Positions 63,175-64,000 of a stretch of 64,000 nt of DNA are shown here, in pieces. Location: assembly GCA_965112735.1 (NCBI GenBank), contig OZ218955.1:124001-188000 (forward strand), in the 5' to 3' direction. The stretch's first letter is position 1, and each line of letters begins with the position of its first letter. The stretch is from Phaeosaccion multiseriatum (taxonomy: Eukaryota > Protista > Ochrophyta, other classes). The translations under genes and the position numbers were made by a program. The notes under the pieces are model-generated. The model worked only from the letters and a program-made list of their open reading frames with translations. It was not told the origin of the DNA and made no database searches.

Positions 63175-64000
63175 TCATCTTTTCCGGGCGGAGAAGCTCT
63201 TGTTGGACAGGTGCAGCACTCCATCGCGCATGCGGCCCGGAGAGTACACGTCCCCCTCCCTCGTGCTCGCGCTGCCCGCCTTGCTCTTCCTACTCTTGTT
63301 GTGGCCCGTCACGATGCCCGACTCCTTCTCCTCATCCTCCTGCTGGGCCGATCGCATCTGGTAATTGCCATTGGAAGCGGCAGGTACAGCAGAGCAAGAA
63401 CAACAAGAGGGCCAAAATGGATCGCATCAATACCCCCCTCCCACGAATATGCCCTCCTTTCCTCTCTCTGCGTGTTGTATGCTCCTCTCCCTCGTAAAAG
63501 TGATTCACTGTCCCCTGAAGAACGAGACGCCTTTCCTTTTCTGTCGCCCTCCCCACCGCTTCTCGTGACGCCCTTGCTCACCTTCTGCTTGGCCTTCATG
63601 CCCTGCAGCATCTTATACGGGACCTTCTGCATCTTCGCCTTGCGCCCGCCCAGGGCCTCAATCTTCTTCTGGTCGTGCATCCTCTTGAGCCGCCCCGTGA
63701 ACTGCTCCGATCCCAAGTCTGTCACGCTCTTCCAAATGGCCTGGTGCTCAGCTTCCCACGACGAGGACCGAGGACGTTTGTTCCCGACCCTTTCTCTAGA
63801 CTTCATCTCAGTACGACCGGGTCCCGTTGTTCTTTTACCACCACCTACTCCTCTTGTCATCCTTTGGGCCGAGGAGTAGGCACCCGAAGCCTCCACCACC
63901 ACCACTGGGCCCCGGGTAGGGGGAGGCGAAGGACCGCCAGTCGCCGCAGCAGAGGCGGGTTTCGCTTTGGGCGCCAGCCCATCGCCTTTTCTCTTCGAAC
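63175..64000 (-). CDS. Faf1/C1orf131 (DUF4602)-like 40S biogenesis factor; 5' end lies outside the window
   Basis: KSVTDLGSEQFTG..KKIEALGGRKAKMQKVPYKMLQGM, intron about 63358-63582, then GRMRDGVLHLS. Confidence 0.8.

Noticed and set aside
1-64000. tRNA, rRNA, transposase or reverse-transcriptase genes, or an alternative genetic code
   Set aside because: No cloverleaf or rRNA-like sequence and no DDE or YxDD motifs were recognised; conserved genes translate cleanly with the standard code.

Overview
GC-rich, intron-rich, repeat-saturated eukaryotic nuclear DNA. It is probably an ochrophyte/stramenopile with a flagellate stage; this is inferred from EsV-1-7-type repeats and epsilon-tubulin. About 14 protein-coding loci, mostly spliced, were assembled by hand from GT-AG junctions: an Ssn6/Cyc8-like TPR corepressor, ATAD2/Yta7, a hypothetical gene, a rearranged SIM + UDG-like gene, a divergent aldo-keto reductase, a protein with H2A-like + H2B-like folds and a SUMO-like domain, myotubularin, a TspO/MBR-related membrane protein, a two-RRM nucleolar-type protein, a disrupted orphan fragment, epsilon-tubulin, a PKA-like kinase, an EsV-1-7 + PUB protein, an unknown helical protein and a Faf1-like gene. 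Most ORF-track entries are simple-repeat artefacts. Highlights: (1) the single-chain histone H2A/H2B-like doublet fused to a SUMO-like domain; (2) a 3.4-kb locus with three separate fold-back insertions, one of which is antisense to its own gene's splice acceptor and exon; (3) two short oligomers dispersed far above chance through exons and introns; (4) tiny TSD-flanked palindromic elements. No rRNA, tRNA or CRISPR was seen. All family assignments come from motif recognition by eye, not database searches.
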